Origin: Parcubacteria group bacterium M10-OD1-1
GTDB lineage: Bacteria; Patescibacteriota; Minisyncoccia; Moranbacterales; UBA2206
Assembly: GCA_003056145.1 (NCBI GenBank)
Contig: LSNL01000003.1
Location: forward strand, 137,993-201,992
Reading direction: 5' to 3'
DNA length: 64,000 nucleotides
Shown: piece by piece, positions 37,031 through 46,733 of the stretch
Position numbering within the stretch: position 1 is the first letter of the stretch
How the letters are laid out: each line of letters begins with the position of its first letter
The notes under the pieces: model-generated
The model's input: the letters and a program-made list of their open reading frames with translations, nothing else
Databases searched by the model: none
Told to the model about the DNA's origin: nothing
Made by a program: the position numbers and the translations under genes

Positions 37031-38886
37031 TGAAAAAAGAAGAAACTGAAAAAATTTTAGATTCAATTAATTTTCCTCAAGATATTAGAAATCTTCCAGA
37101 AAAAAAAATTCCTCAACTTTGCGATGAAGTCAGAGAATTTCTTATTGAAAGCATTGCTGAAACAGGTGGACATTTTGGCTCTAATTTAGGAGTAGTAGAA
37201 TTAACAGTGGCTTTGCACAGAGTTTTTGATACCCCGAATGATTTATTAGTTTGGGATGTAGGTCATCAAGCTTATCCTCATAAAATTCTAACTGGAAGAA
37301 AAGGTAGATTAAAGACTATTAGAAAAAAAGGAGGTTTAGCTCCTTTTCCCAAAAGAGAAGAGAGTCAATACGATAGTTTGAGCGTGGGTCATACTAGTAC
37401 TTCTATTAGTGCTGCCTTAGGGATGACCGTAGCTCATCAAGGAGAAAAAGAAGCTCCTCAAGTTGTTGCAGTAATTGGTGATGGAGCGTTAGCTGGAGGG
37501 ATGGCTTTAGAAGCTCTTAATCACAGCGGGGATATAGAAGCTGATTTACTAGTTATTTTAAACGATAATAAAATGTCTATTTCTCCAAATGTAGGTGGAA
37601 TTAGAAAACATTTAACTAGATTAATTTCATCACCTCTGTATGTTTATTGGCACACCAAAGGAAATAAATTTCTCCGCCGAGTTCCAATGTTAAGAGAATT
37701 TATTCGTCGAGCCGATAAGTATATAAGAGGAATGATTACTCACGGAACCCTTTTTGAGGAGTTAGGTTTTAAATATTACGGTCCAATTGATGGTCATGAT
37801 ATTAAAACTCTTTTAGATGTTTTAATTAATTTAAAAAAAGTTAAAGGTCCAAAATTTTTACATATTATTACTAAAAAAGGCAAAGGTTATTTACCAGCCG
37901 AGCAAGATGAATTTTCTCTTCATGCGGTTAAGCCTTTTGATGTAGCGACTGGTCAAATAAAAAAAACAAAACCAAAAGTTATTTCTTATTCAGATGTTTT
38001 TTCTGATTGGATTTGTGCTAAAGCAGAAAAAGATAACAAACTTCATAGTATCACTCCAGCTATGGGTGAAGGGTCTGGCTTAGCTGAGTTTAGAAAAAAA
38101 TTTCCTGAACGTTTTCATGATGTCGGAATTGCTGAACAACACGCCGTAACTTTTGCTGTGGGTTTGGCTTGTGAAGGGAAACGACCAGTAGTTTCAATTT
38201 ATTCCTCTTTTTTACAAAGAGCTTATGACCAATTTATTCATGATGTTGCTTATCAAAACTTAAATATTCTTTTTGCTATTGATAGAGCAGGAATAGTTGG
38301 ACCAGATGGGGCGACACATAATGGAAGTTTTGATCTTTCTTTTATGCGGATTGTTCCTAATTTGATTGTTATGGTTCCAGCTAATAAAAATGAGTGTTAC
38401 TCAATGCTAGAAACAGGATATAGATACAAAGGACCAGTGGCGATTAGATACCCTAGAGGAGGAGAAAAAGGTGAATATAATCAGAAGGCTTATCTGATTG
38501 AAATTGGTAAAGCTAAGATTATTCAACAAGGAACTAAGATAGCAATTTTATCTTTTGGAGCTATATTAGAAAAGACTAAAAAAGTAGCTCAAAAACTAGA
38601 GGCTACTTTAATTAATATGCGATTCGTTAAACCTTTAGACGAAGAATTACTAAAAAATTTAGCTCAAGAATATGATTTTTTTATTACAGTAGAAGACAAT
38701 ACTATTTTAGGTGGAGCTGGAAGTGCAGTTAATGAATTTGTTTTAAATAATTCGTTAGAAGTTAAAGTGAAAAATATTGGACTGCCTGACAAATTTTTGG
38801 GAGCTGGAACTAGAGAGGAAATTTTAGCTGATAATAATTTAAATGAAGAAAAAATTTTAAAAACAATAGAAAAGTTTATTTCATAA
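37030..38886 (+). CDS. dxs: 1-deoxy-D-xylulose-5-phosphate synthase
   Basis: GGHFGSNLGVVELTVALH and TPP-binding GDGAL...N motifs; 618 aa; start overlaps the rlmN stop (ATGA). Confidence 0.9.
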   Translation: MKKEETEKILDSINFPQDIRNLPEKKIPQLCDEVREFLIESIAETGGHFGSNLGVVELTVALHRVFDTPNDLLVWDVGHQAYPHKILTGRKGRLKTIRKKGGLAPFPKREESQYDSLSVGHTSTSISAALGMTVAHQGEKEAPQVVAVIGDGALAGGMALEALNHSGDIEADLLVILNDNKMSISPNVGGIRKHLTRLISSPLYVYWHTKGNKFLRRVPMLREFIRRADKYIRGMITHGTLFEELGFKYYGPIDGHDIKTLLDVLINLKKVKGPKFLHIITKKGKGYLPAEQDEFSLHAVKPFDVATGQIKKTKPKVISYSDVFSDWICAKAEKDNKLHSITPAMGEGSGLAEFRKKFPERFHDVGIAEQHAVTFAVGLACEGKRPVVSIYSSFLQRAYDQFIHDVAYQNLNILFAIDRAGIVGPDGATHNGSFDLSFMRIVPNLIVMVPANKNECYSMLETGYRYKGPVAIRYPRGGEKGEYNQKAYLIEIGKAKIIQQGTKIAILSFGAILEKTKKVAQKLEATLINMRFVKPLDEELLKNLAQEYDFFITVEDNTILGGAGSAVNEFVLNNSLEVKVKNIGLPDKFLGAGTREEILADNNLNEEKILKTIEKFIS

Positions 38887-39271
38887 ATCCAAAGTGTTTA
38901 AGTGTCGGAAGAATATTGGGTGCCAAATTTTCTTTTTTTAAATCTTCTAATAAAATCCACTCAGACTTTCTAATATCTTGACCTAGTTTAATTCTTCCTA
39001 TTCTTTTAGCCAGATAATGAACTAGAATAACATCAACTTTTTCGTCTTTAATTTCTTTAATAGTATGGAAGAGAAAAGGAGTTGGATTTAAAATTTTTAT
39101 AGTTATTCCTATTTCTTCTTTAGCTCTTCGGATAGCTGTTTCCATTAAAGATTCTCTTTCCTTTCTTTGTCCTCCGCAAAATTTCCAAAATTTTGTATCA
39201 CCGTGTTGATTAAGAATAACTTTGTTACTTTCAACAATAACTGGACCAGAAGCGATAATTATTTTTGACAT
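38876..39271 (-). CDS. NUDIX hydrolase
   Basis: Nudix box GGQRKERESLMETAIRRAKEEIGI; converges on and overlaps the dxs 3' end. Confidence 0.85.
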   Translation of the reverse strand: MSKIIIASGPVIVESNKVILNQHGDTKFWKFCGGQRKERESLMETAIRRAKEEIGITIKILNPTPFLFHTIKEIKDEKVDVILVHYLAKRIGRIKLGQDIRKSEWILLEDLKKENLAPNILPTLKHFGFMK

Positions 39272-39316
39272 AATAGTTTAATTTAAAAATAATCAATATG
39301 TTTAAATATATTTTAC

Positions 39317-39366
39317 CATATAAGTATCTTTTAATCGATAGCCGAGTTTTCGGTAGTAATCACGGA
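39317..39366. repeat. 50-bp direct repeat copy 1 (duplicate of the ELP3-like gene 3' end)
   Basis: CATATAAGTATCTTTTAATCGATAGCCGAGTTTTCGGTAGTAATCACGGA is identical 50/50 to 40381..40430. Confidence 0.9.
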
Positions 39367-39566
39367 TATTCTTTAAGTTGAGAATATTTTAAATAAACCA
39401 ATAAGTAACTAATAATTAATTTGATAGCTTGATAAAAGGCTGAAAATATGTATATAATATATCAATACGCTGAATATTAGCGTAAAGTTCTTTAACTAGA
39501 AGGCGAGTCTAGTGCTTTGGTATAATACTAAGGCGAGAGAAGAGCCAATATCGGAGGAGAGTTGAC

Positions 39567-40232
39567 ATGGGAAAGGAAATATGGGTTGAAAGCTTTGTGA
39601 GTGTCCTTATAAAAGATCTTGACGAGCTAGGAGTAGATAAAGGAAAACTAAAAGATTATAGAGTAATAGCTCGTTTGTGTGCTGAAAAAATTGCGAAAGT
39701 GGCTAATAGTAAAAAGAATGATTTAAGGGAGGTGCCACCTTTACTCAGTTTATCAGTTGACGTTGCAATCATACCCGATCGAGATGAAGATTTTATTGTT
39801 AAAAAAAGCTTTGTAAAATATTACGGAAGTAATTTTAATAAATGGTTTTTAGATAAGGTGGAGAGTCCGATATCTGGAGTCACTTTGGGTGCTTGTCTGC
39901 TTATGAGCCGTTCAATGGATCCAGGAATTATTTCCGAACTTGGAGGGAATCTTAAAGCGAGGATAACCCTTGCTGATATAGACCACGCCAAAAAAATCGG
40001 AGCTCTAGAAAAAAGTTGTATCTATATTGGTTATATGGAAGATGAGATTCGTTTTCTGTCCGATAAGCTTTTTATGTATATAAACGAGAAAGGCGAGAAA
40101 AAAGTTCTTCGAGCTGTTTATTTCAATTGGATTAATGGCGACGGGTGGTTTGTAGATGCTTATCCAATCAATGATTTGAAGGGTTGGTATAGGGGGCGTT
40201 GGATAATCTCTCCTCTAAATTTTAGGTCTTAA
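39567..40232 (+). CDS. hypothetical protein (221 aa) on the DR-flanked cassette
   Basis: Own extended -10 promoter (TGGTATAAT at about 39513) and GGAGGAG SD; visibly GC-richer than its neighbours; no motif recognised. Confidence 0.55.
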   Translation: MGKEIWVESFVSVLIKDLDELGVDKGKLKDYRVIARLCAEKIAKVANSKKNDLREVPPLLSLSVDVAIIPDRDEDFIVKKSFVKYYGSNFNKWFLDKVESPISGVTLGACLLMSRSMDPGIISELGGNLKARITLADIDHAKKIGALEKSCIYIGYMEDEIRFLSDKLFMYINEKGEKKVLRAVYFNWINGDGWFVDAYPINDLKGWYRGRWIISPLNFRS

Positions 40233-40255
40233 TTTTTTAGTTCTTTGCTTCTTTG

Positions 40256-40300
40256 ACTCTTTGGAAAAATTTCTTCGGAAACATCCAAAGAGTTTTTTTA
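40256..40300 (+). terminator. rho-independent terminator after the cassette gene
   Basis: ACTCTTTGGA ... TCCAAAGAGT 10-bp stem (inner UUCG-type sub-hairpin) followed by TTTTTTT. Confidence 0.6.
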
Positions 40301-40365
40301 TTTAAAAGTATATTAAGTGATATTTTTTGTGCATACTGTGGAAGATTAGAAAAAGGATTAAAAGA

Positions 40366-41955
40366 TTATAGCTTCTTAATCATATAAGTATCTTTTAATC
40401 GATAGCCGAGTTTTCGGTAGTAATCACGGACACCTACCCCAGAAATGATTGCGATCTTATTAATTTTGAATTCTTTGCGAGCAATTTTCTCAGCTTCTTT
40501 GATTAGTTTTCTCCCTAGCCCAATATGCTGTGGGGAAGTTTTATCTTTTTTGTCTATCCGTGCGAGTTTTCCATAGGTGTGTACTTCTCGGATGATAGCG
40601 GAGTTTTGAAGTGTCTGGATAAAATGATCGTTATTATTTTTAGAGGGAATGCGTAAACGTAAAAGAGCAAAAAGTTTTTTCTTATCTGGAGAAACGAATC
40701 GTAAAAATATTTCCTTACCACCTGAGGCATCGTAGTTAATTCTATCTAAAATAATCTGTTCTTTAATTTTGTATTTCGCTCCAACTTCACGGCAACGAAT
40801 ACAGGGACATTTTGATTGAGGAATGATAATTTGTCGAAGATTAGAAACTTTTGGTCCAGCGATAATAGATGTTTCTGGAATATCACGCACAATTCTGGCA
40901 ATGCGGACATAGGGAACGATAGTCTCGTTTTTTATTTTAAGAACCAATCTTTTAAAAACTTTGTCTGAAAGTGGTTTGTAATTACCTCTTTTCCATAAGT
41001 TATACAAAAAACTACTTTTAACAACTACGGTCGGATAAATTTTAAGCATATCTGGTTGGAAATTAGAATTTTTAAAAAGTTCGTGAAACATTTTAAAATC
41101 TCTGACGGGAGTACTCTTAGGAAGTCCAGGCATCATATGATAGTTTATTTTGAAACCGGCGTCTTTAAGGAGTTGAGTGGCACGGATTGTTTCGTCAGTT
41201 AAATGTCCACGTTTATTAAATTTTAAAACATCATCAAAAATACTTTGCACTCCTAATTCTACCCGAGTGCATCCAAGATTGCGAAAATTTTTGATGTCTT
41301 GTTTATTAATATAATCTGGACGAGTTTCCAGCGTGAGCCCAATAATTCGGTGTTTAGCTTTTTCATTTCGGCTTTGTTCTTTTTGGAGATTACTTTTATA
41401 TTTTTTTATTTTTTTATTTTTGTGGTTATAATCATTGGCTGCACGAAAACATTCAGTAACAAATTTTTTTTGATAGGTCTTTGGTAAATAGGAAAAAGTT
41501 CCGCCCATAACGATAAGTTCAATCTTGTCAGTAGCATGTCCGTTGAGTTCTAACGCACGAATTCTATTTTGCACTTGGCGACGTGGAGAAAAGTGTGCGG
41601 TGATAGCACGCATAACTGCTGGTTCATTGGAAAGGTAACTTTTAGGCATACCTTTTTCGTTTGGACAATAAATGCATTTTCCCGGACATGAATAGGGTTT
41701 AGTGAGAACTGCAACGACGGCCACTCCAGATTGGGTTCGGATTTTTTTGCTCAAGAGATTTTTTTCCAAAAGAGGATTAGGAGCTATTTCTTTTTTAATA
41801 ACTAATTTATTGTAAACTTCTCTCAGGTCGGCATTAGTTGGTAAGGGAAGAGAAAGCTTCTTAGATATCTTTTTTTTGAGACGTAAAAAATCATTCAGAT
41901 TTTTGGGCTGTTCTTGTGTTGCTAACTTTATAAATTTGTCATATCCTTTAAGCAT
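40366..41955 (-). CDS. ELP3-family radical SAM/GNAT protein (tRNA U34 modification, ELP3 homolog)
   Basis: Radical-SAM core CPGKCIYCPN and C-terminal GNAT acetyltransferase region (HIGLGRKLIKEAEKIA); 529 aa. Confidence 0.8.
   Translation of the reverse strand: MLKGYDKFIKLATQEQPKNLNDFLRLKKKISKKLSLPLPTNADLREVYNKLVIKKEIAPNPLLEKNLLSKKIRTQSGVAVVAVLTKPYSCPGKCIYCPNEKGMPKSYLSNEPAVMRAITAHFSPRRQVQNRIRALELNGHATDKIELIVMGGTFSYLPKTYQKKFVTECFRAANDYNHKNKKIKKYKSNLQKEQSRNEKAKHRIIGLTLETRPDYINKQDIKNFRNLGCTRVELGVQSIFDDVLKFNKRGHLTDETIRATQLLKDAGFKINYHMMPGLPKSTPVRDFKMFHELFKNSNFQPDMLKIYPTVVVKSSFLYNLWKRGNYKPLSDKVFKRLVLKIKNETIVPYVRIARIVRDIPETSIIAGPKVSNLRQIIIPQSKCPCIRCREVGAKYKIKEQIILDRINYDASGGKEIFLRFVSPDKKKLFALLRLRIPSKNNNDHFIQTLQNSAIIREVHTYGKLARIDKKDKTSPQHIGLGRKLIKEAEKIARKEFKINKIAIISGVGVRDYYRKLGYRLKDTYMIKKL
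40381..40430. repeat. 50-bp direct repeat copy 2 (inside the 3' end of the ELP3-like CDS)
   Basis: Identical to 39317..39366; encodes ...RDYYRKLGYRLKDTYM of the ELP3-like protein on the - strand. Confidence 0.9.
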
Positions 41956-41962
41956 ATAGATT

Positions 41963-42670
41963 ATGAAGAAAAAAAGAATTAATAAAATTTTAAAAAATTT
42001 AGAAATCGGCTACGATTTAATAGCAGATAAATTTTCTGGAACTAGAAATTTTTTTTGGCCAGATCTGGAGTTTATTCAAGGCTATGTGAAAAATGATGAC
42101 CGTGTTTTGGATTTTGGCTGCGGTAATGGTCGTTTGTTGGAGATTTTGAAGAATAAGGCTATCACGTATGTCGGCACAGACATTTCTCAGAATTTAATAG
42201 AGCTAGCTAAAGCTAAATATCCTCAGCGCCAAAATGATTTTATAAAACTAAGTGGTCAAAGCATTCTACCATTTAATAACAATTATTTCAATGTAGTTTT
42301 TTCCATTGCGGTTTTTCATCATTTTCCCAGGGACTATGCTCAAATAATGGCTCGGGAAATTTATCGGATTACCGCTCCTAATGGGAAGCTAATTATTACT
42401 TGTTGGAATTTAAAACAGAAAAAATATTGGCGCAAATTATTTAATCTAAAATTAATTCTGCAAAAAATATTTCATACTAAAGAAGCCAAGAATTTAGGCT
42501 GGAAAGATGTTTATATTGACTTTAAAAATAATAAAGGGGAAATTTTTCAGCGTTTTCATCATTTTTATTCTTTGAAAGAGCTGCAAAAAATATTTTCTTC
42601 GGTAGGCTTTTCAATAGAGAAATGTTTTATTAAAGAAGGGAAAAATATCATTTTAATTGCCCAAAAATAA
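41963..42670 (+). CDS. class I SAM-dependent methyltransferase
   Basis: Motif I VLDFGCGNGRL. Confidence 0.75.
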   Translation: MKKKRINKILKNLEIGYDLIADKFSGTRNFFWPDLEFIQGYVKNDDRVLDFGCGNGRLLEILKNKAITYVGTDISQNLIELAKAKYPQRQNDFIKLSGQSILPFNNNYFNVVFSIAVFHHFPRDYAQIMAREIYRITAPNGKLIITCWNLKQKKYWRKLFNLKLILQKIFHTKEAKNLGWKDVYIDFKNNKGEIFQRFHHFYSLKELQKIFSSVGFSIEKCFIKEGKNIILIAQK

Positions 42671-42786
42671 TTTTTCAAAATTGCTATTTAATTAAGAAAA
42701 ATATATAATAAAAATAATAATTCTCTGAGAAGTATTTAAAAGAGGTTAAACCTCTATATTCTATAAAATTCTAACAAAAATTTAGA

Positions 42787-44100
42787 ATGGATAATCCGAT
42801 TATTGAAGTTGAAAATTTAAAAGTTATTTATAATCAAGGGAAACAGAATGAGGTACGATCCCTAGATGGTATAAATGTCAAAATATACCCTAAGGAATAT
42901 GTAATTATCTTTGGTCCTTCTGGTTGTGGTAAATCAACCTTACTTTATTCGATGTCAGGTCTTCAAGCTCCAACAAAAGGGAATATTATCATTGAAAACA
43001 AAAAACTATCTCAAATGACCAAAAAAGAAAAAGTAACACTTCACCAAACTGAAATAGGAATGGTTTTTCAAGCTTTTTATTTAATTCCTTCTTTGACAAT
43101 CTTAGATAATATTTGCTTGCCAAGAGTTTTTTTAGGCGATTCAGTCGCTGAAAGAAAAGAGGCAGGCATAAAATTATTACATCGTTTTGAAATTGTGGAA
43201 CAATCGGATAAATTTCCTAGCCAACTTTCTGGAGGGCAAAAGCAAAGAGTTTCTATTGCTCGTTCTTTGGTTAATAATCCACAAATAATTTTTGCTGATG
43301 AGCCAGTAGGAAATTTAGATAGTATTTCCTCAGAAAATGTGATGAAAATATTTAAAGAACTGAATGAAAGGGATAAAAAGACTATTGTTTTAGTAACGCA
43401 TAATCCAGAGCATCTACATTATGCTGATCGAGTTATTTATATTAAAGATGGTAAATTAATCAAGGAAGAAGTTAATAAAGAAAAAAGACCAGGAGAGGCG
43501 TTAGAAAAGGCGCCTGATGTTAATTATGATGACCTAAGTAATGAGTTGAAACTTTTAATGAGAACCTTTAAAAATCTTTCTCTTCAACAAGTTGGTTCTC
43601 TTTTGGTTCCTTTTAAATCAGATCAATTGATGTCGCACATTTTATCTGAGCTTACTCAAGAGCAAATTCAGACTGCTGGCGCTTACTTGAAAGAATATCT
43701 TTTTCATAATATTGATTTAGAAACTTTTCAAAAAGATTTAGACATAGACTATACTAAAGGCGGAGCTAGTTGGAATAAACAACGAGTTAAAAGTTTCACT
43801 CAACGAATACAAAAAATAATTAACATTGCTGAATTAATTACTCAAGGAAAAGATCAAGAGGCTCTAAGAATATTATTAGAATATCTCTCTCAATTATTTA
43901 AACTTAAATTAACTGAAGAAAATAAAAGACTGTTTAACTCTTTTGTGGGAATGAGAATTAAAAATAAAATAGACAGGTTGGAGTTAGAAAAAAAATTAGA
44001 TACTCCAAAAATTTTAGGAGGTATTGGATTATATAAAAGTACAGCAGAAAAAATTTCTCGTGAAATAGAAATTATTATGCTGATGAAATATACTAATTAA
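42787..44100 (+). CDS. ABC transporter ATP-binding protein with a roughly 200-aa C-terminal extension
   Basis: Walker A GPSGCGKST, signature LSGGQKQRVSIARSL, Walker B IIFADEP within the first about 230 aa; unknown C-terminal domain. Confidence 0.8.
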   Translation: MDNPIIEVENLKVIYNQGKQNEVRSLDGINVKIYPKEYVIIFGPSGCGKSTLLYSMSGLQAPTKGNIIIENKKLSQMTKKEKVTLHQTEIGMVFQAFYLIPSLTILDNICLPRVFLGDSVAERKEAGIKLLHRFEIVEQSDKFPSQLSGGQKQRVSIARSLVNNPQIIFADEPVGNLDSISSENVMKIFKELNERDKKTIVLVTHNPEHLHYADRVIYIKDGKLIKEEVNKEKRPGEALEKAPDVNYDDLSNELKLLMRTFKNLSLQQVGSLLVPFKSDQLMSHILSELTQEQIQTAGAYLKEYLFHNIDLETFQKDLDIDYTKGGASWNKQRVKSFTQRIQKIINIAELITQGKDQEALRILLEYLSQLFKLKLTEENKRLFNSFVGMRIKNKIDRLELEKKLDTPKILGGIGLYKSTAEKISREIEIIMLMKYTN

Positions 44101-44117
44101 TAAAGCATTAATTTAAA

Positions 44118-45341
44118 ATGAAATTTAGAGATTTATTTTTACTTTCAACGAGGATGTTTAAAGCGAGAGCTTCGCGAACATTTTTGACAATTCTAGGAAT
44201 GAGCGTAGGAATTGGAGCAATTCTTTTCTTGGTCTCTCTTGGCTATGGTTTGCAAAAAACATTACTAGAAAAAATTACTACTTCTGATTCTCTTTTAACG
44301 CTAGATGTAACGTCCAATAGAACTAAAAAAGTAGAGTTGAATAAAGATTTTATTGATCAAATTAAATCTATTAGTGGTGTAGCTAAAGTCAGTCCAGCAT
44401 ATCAATTAGAAGCTCAAGGCAAAATGGATAATCTAAGGACTGATTTAAATGTTACAGTCGTAGATTCAGATTATTTAAAATTAGCTGGAATAAAATTAGT
44501 AGCTGGACAGCCAATTAGCGGTAAGAATATTAAGGGAATTGTTATTTCTACTCCAATAGCTAAAATATTTGGGAAAGACGCTCAGAATGTTATTGGTCAA
44601 GAAATGTCTTTTTCCTTTTCTTTGGGTGGGGAAAATAGAGCTATTCAGTTAAAAAATAATAATGGAGACATTTCTAAAAATCAACTTCATTATAATCCAG
44701 TTGGTGAATTTAAAATTGTTGGAGTTATAGATAGTGATGAAAGTGTGGTTTATCTCAATACACAAGCGTTAAAAGAACTAAAAATTTTAAGATTTAGTCA
44801 ATTAAAGGTAAAGTGTCAGAATAGTAAAATGATACCAGCCGTTCAAATTAAAATTACTCAATTAGGTTTTTTAGTCTCTTCTCTCTCTGATACTGTTGAC
44901 CAAGCAAATAAAGTTTTTCGAGTAGTGAAAATAGTATTGATGCTTTTTGGTATTATCGCTTTGATTGTTAGTGCTATCGGTATGTTTAATACTATGACTA
45001 TTACACTCTTAGAAAGAACGGAGGAAATCGGGATAATGAAATCTATTGGAGCTTCTGATGCAATGATTTCTTTAATGTTTGTTATGGAGTCTACTATTAT
45101 GGGACTGTTAGGGGGAATAGTTGGGATTATTATTGGTTGGCTGGAGGGTGAAATTTTTAATTTTGCTGTTAATTTAGTAGCTACTCACTTTGGAGGAGAA
45201 AAAGTAAATTTATTTTATAGTCCTCTTTGGTTTGTTTTATCAATTATTATATTTTCAGCGGTGGTAGGATTTTTAACTGGAGTTATACCTGCTAGAAGAG
45301 CTAGTAGGATTGATCCTTTAGAAGCTTTGAGGTATAAATAA
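44118..45341 (+). CDS. FtsX/MacB-family ABC transporter permease
   Basis: N-terminal TM helix, large extracytoplasmic domain, C-terminal 3-TM FtsX core, ending PARRASRIDPLEALRY. Confidence 0.8.
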   Translation: MKFRDLFLLSTRMFKARASRTFLTILGMSVGIGAILFLVSLGYGLQKTLLEKITTSDSLLTLDVTSNRTKKVELNKDFIDQIKSISGVAKVSPAYQLEAQGKMDNLRTDLNVTVVDSDYLKLAGIKLVAGQPISGKNIKGIVISTPIAKIFGKDAQNVIGQEMSFSFSLGGENRAIQLKNNNGDISKNQLHYNPVGEFKIVGVIDSDESVVYLNTQALKELKILRFSQLKVKCQNSKMIPAVQIKITQLGFLVSSLSDTVDQANKVFRVVKIVLMLFGIIALIVSAIGMFNTMTITLLERTEEIGIMKSIGASDAMISLMFVMESTIMGLLGGIVGIIIGWLEGEIFNFAVNLVATHFGGEKVNLFYSPLWFVLSIIIFSAVVGFLTGVIPARRASRIDPLEALRYK

Positions 45342-45515
45342 AAAAATATTTAAATATAAAAAAACAGACTGGAGTCTATTTTTGAAAAAAGCTTTATTTG
45401 TTATGCATATGATTTTATTTTCTAAAGGAGATTTTCTATTTGTCAGTAGACCAGAAGTTTTCATCGTTTGAGAATAATAGCAAACAAATTAACTATGGTC
45501 ATATATAAATTCTAG

Positions 45516-45599
45516 TGCCTCGGGAGAGACTTGAACTCTCACGATGTTGCCATCGCGGGATTTTGAATCCCGTGCGTCTACCAATTCCGCCACCGAGGC
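45516..45599 (-). tRNA. tRNA-Leu (anticodon CAA), type II with long variable arm
   Basis: Reverse complement reads GCCTCGGTGGCGGAATTGGTAGACGCACGGGATTCAAAATCCCG CGATGGCAACATCGTG AGAGTTCAAGTCTCTCCCGAGGCA. Confidence 0.85.
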
Positions 45600-45652
45600 C
45601 TATTTTGTTTTTAAGATAGTTTATAGTACAATAAACTTATCACTTATAGATT

Positions 45653-46441
45653 ATGGCAAAAATTATTTCACTCGTCAACCAAAAAGGTGGAGTAGGAAAG
45701 ACTACTTCAGCAATTAATCTAGCGACCTATTTAGCGTCAGCTGGAAAATTTGTTTTGCTAGTAGATCTTGATCCGCAAGGGAATGCTTCTTCGGGACTGG
45801 GCTTGGATATTCGGAAAATAAAGAAAAGTCTTTACCATTCTATGATAATTGGAGAACATCCATCAAAAATTATTCTCAGAACTCAAACTTTTGGACACGA
45901 TTTAATCCCTGCTTCGCAGGATTTAGCGGGAGCCGGGATAGAATTAGTACATATGGATAACCGAGAATTTAGATTGTACAATGTTTTGCGAGAAATTAGA
46001 ACTAATTATGATTATATTATAATTGATTCTCCTCCTAGTCTGGGTTTATTGACAATTAATGGTTTAGTTGCTAGTGATGCAATTATAATTCCAGTTCAAA
46101 CCGAATATTTTGCATTGGAAGGACTCAGTCAGCTCTTAGGAACTATTGATTTGGTGCGAGAAAATCTTCAGCCTAATTTAGAAATAATGGGAGCTCTTTT
46201 GACGATGTATGATAAACGAAATCGTTTGGCTCGGCAAGTAGTTAAAGAGATTCAGGATCATTTTCCAGGACATGTTTTTGAAAGTCTCATACCTAGAAGC
46301 GTTAGATTAGCTGAAGCTCCTGGATTTGGAAAATCAATTTTAAATTTTGATTCTTTTTCTAAGGGGGCCAGAGCTTACAAAAATTTAGCTCGAGAAATTA
46401 TAAAAATGGAAAAAAATGAAAAGAAGAGCTTTACAGTTTAA
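45653..46441 (+). CDS. parA: chromosome partitioning ATPase ParA/Soj
   Basis: Deviant Walker A NQKGGVGKTT; 262 aa. Confidence 0.9.
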   Translation: MAKIISLVNQKGGVGKTTSAINLATYLASAGKFVLLVDLDPQGNASSGLGLDIRKIKKSLYHSMIIGEHPSKIILRTQTFGHDLIPASQDLAGAGIELVHMDNREFRLYNVLREIRTNYDYIIIDSPPSLGLLTINGLVASDAIIIPVQTEYFALEGLSQLLGTIDLVRENLQPNLEIMGALLTMYDKRNRLARQVVKEIQDHFPGHVFESLIPRSVRLAEAPGFGKSILNFDSFSKGARAYKNLAREIIKMEKNEKKSFTV

Positions 46442-46733
46442 AGTAGTTTAACTATGGTATAACTAATAATTATAATCTATAAAGTGTACAAAAATATTAT
46501 AATTATAGCAGAATTTAGGGAATAATAAATTTGAATAAATTTATTATTTATGGTACTGTTTAGTAGTAGTAAATTCTTGATTGTGTTGTAGAAAACCTAA
46601 ATTAGAAAAATAGATAAAAGACACGAGAACTATTTAAGGGAAGTAGGACAGTAGTTATTTTAGAAAATAAAGTAGAGATATTAAAAAGTAAAAAATTGAG
46701 TCCGGAAAACTTAATTTTAAAAATAGAAAAAAT

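Noticed and set aside
46442-46733. Canonical parS site (TGTTTCACGTGAAACA) between parA and parB
   Set aside because: No match with up to 2 mismatches by eye; only an AT-rich 12-bp inverted repeat is present.
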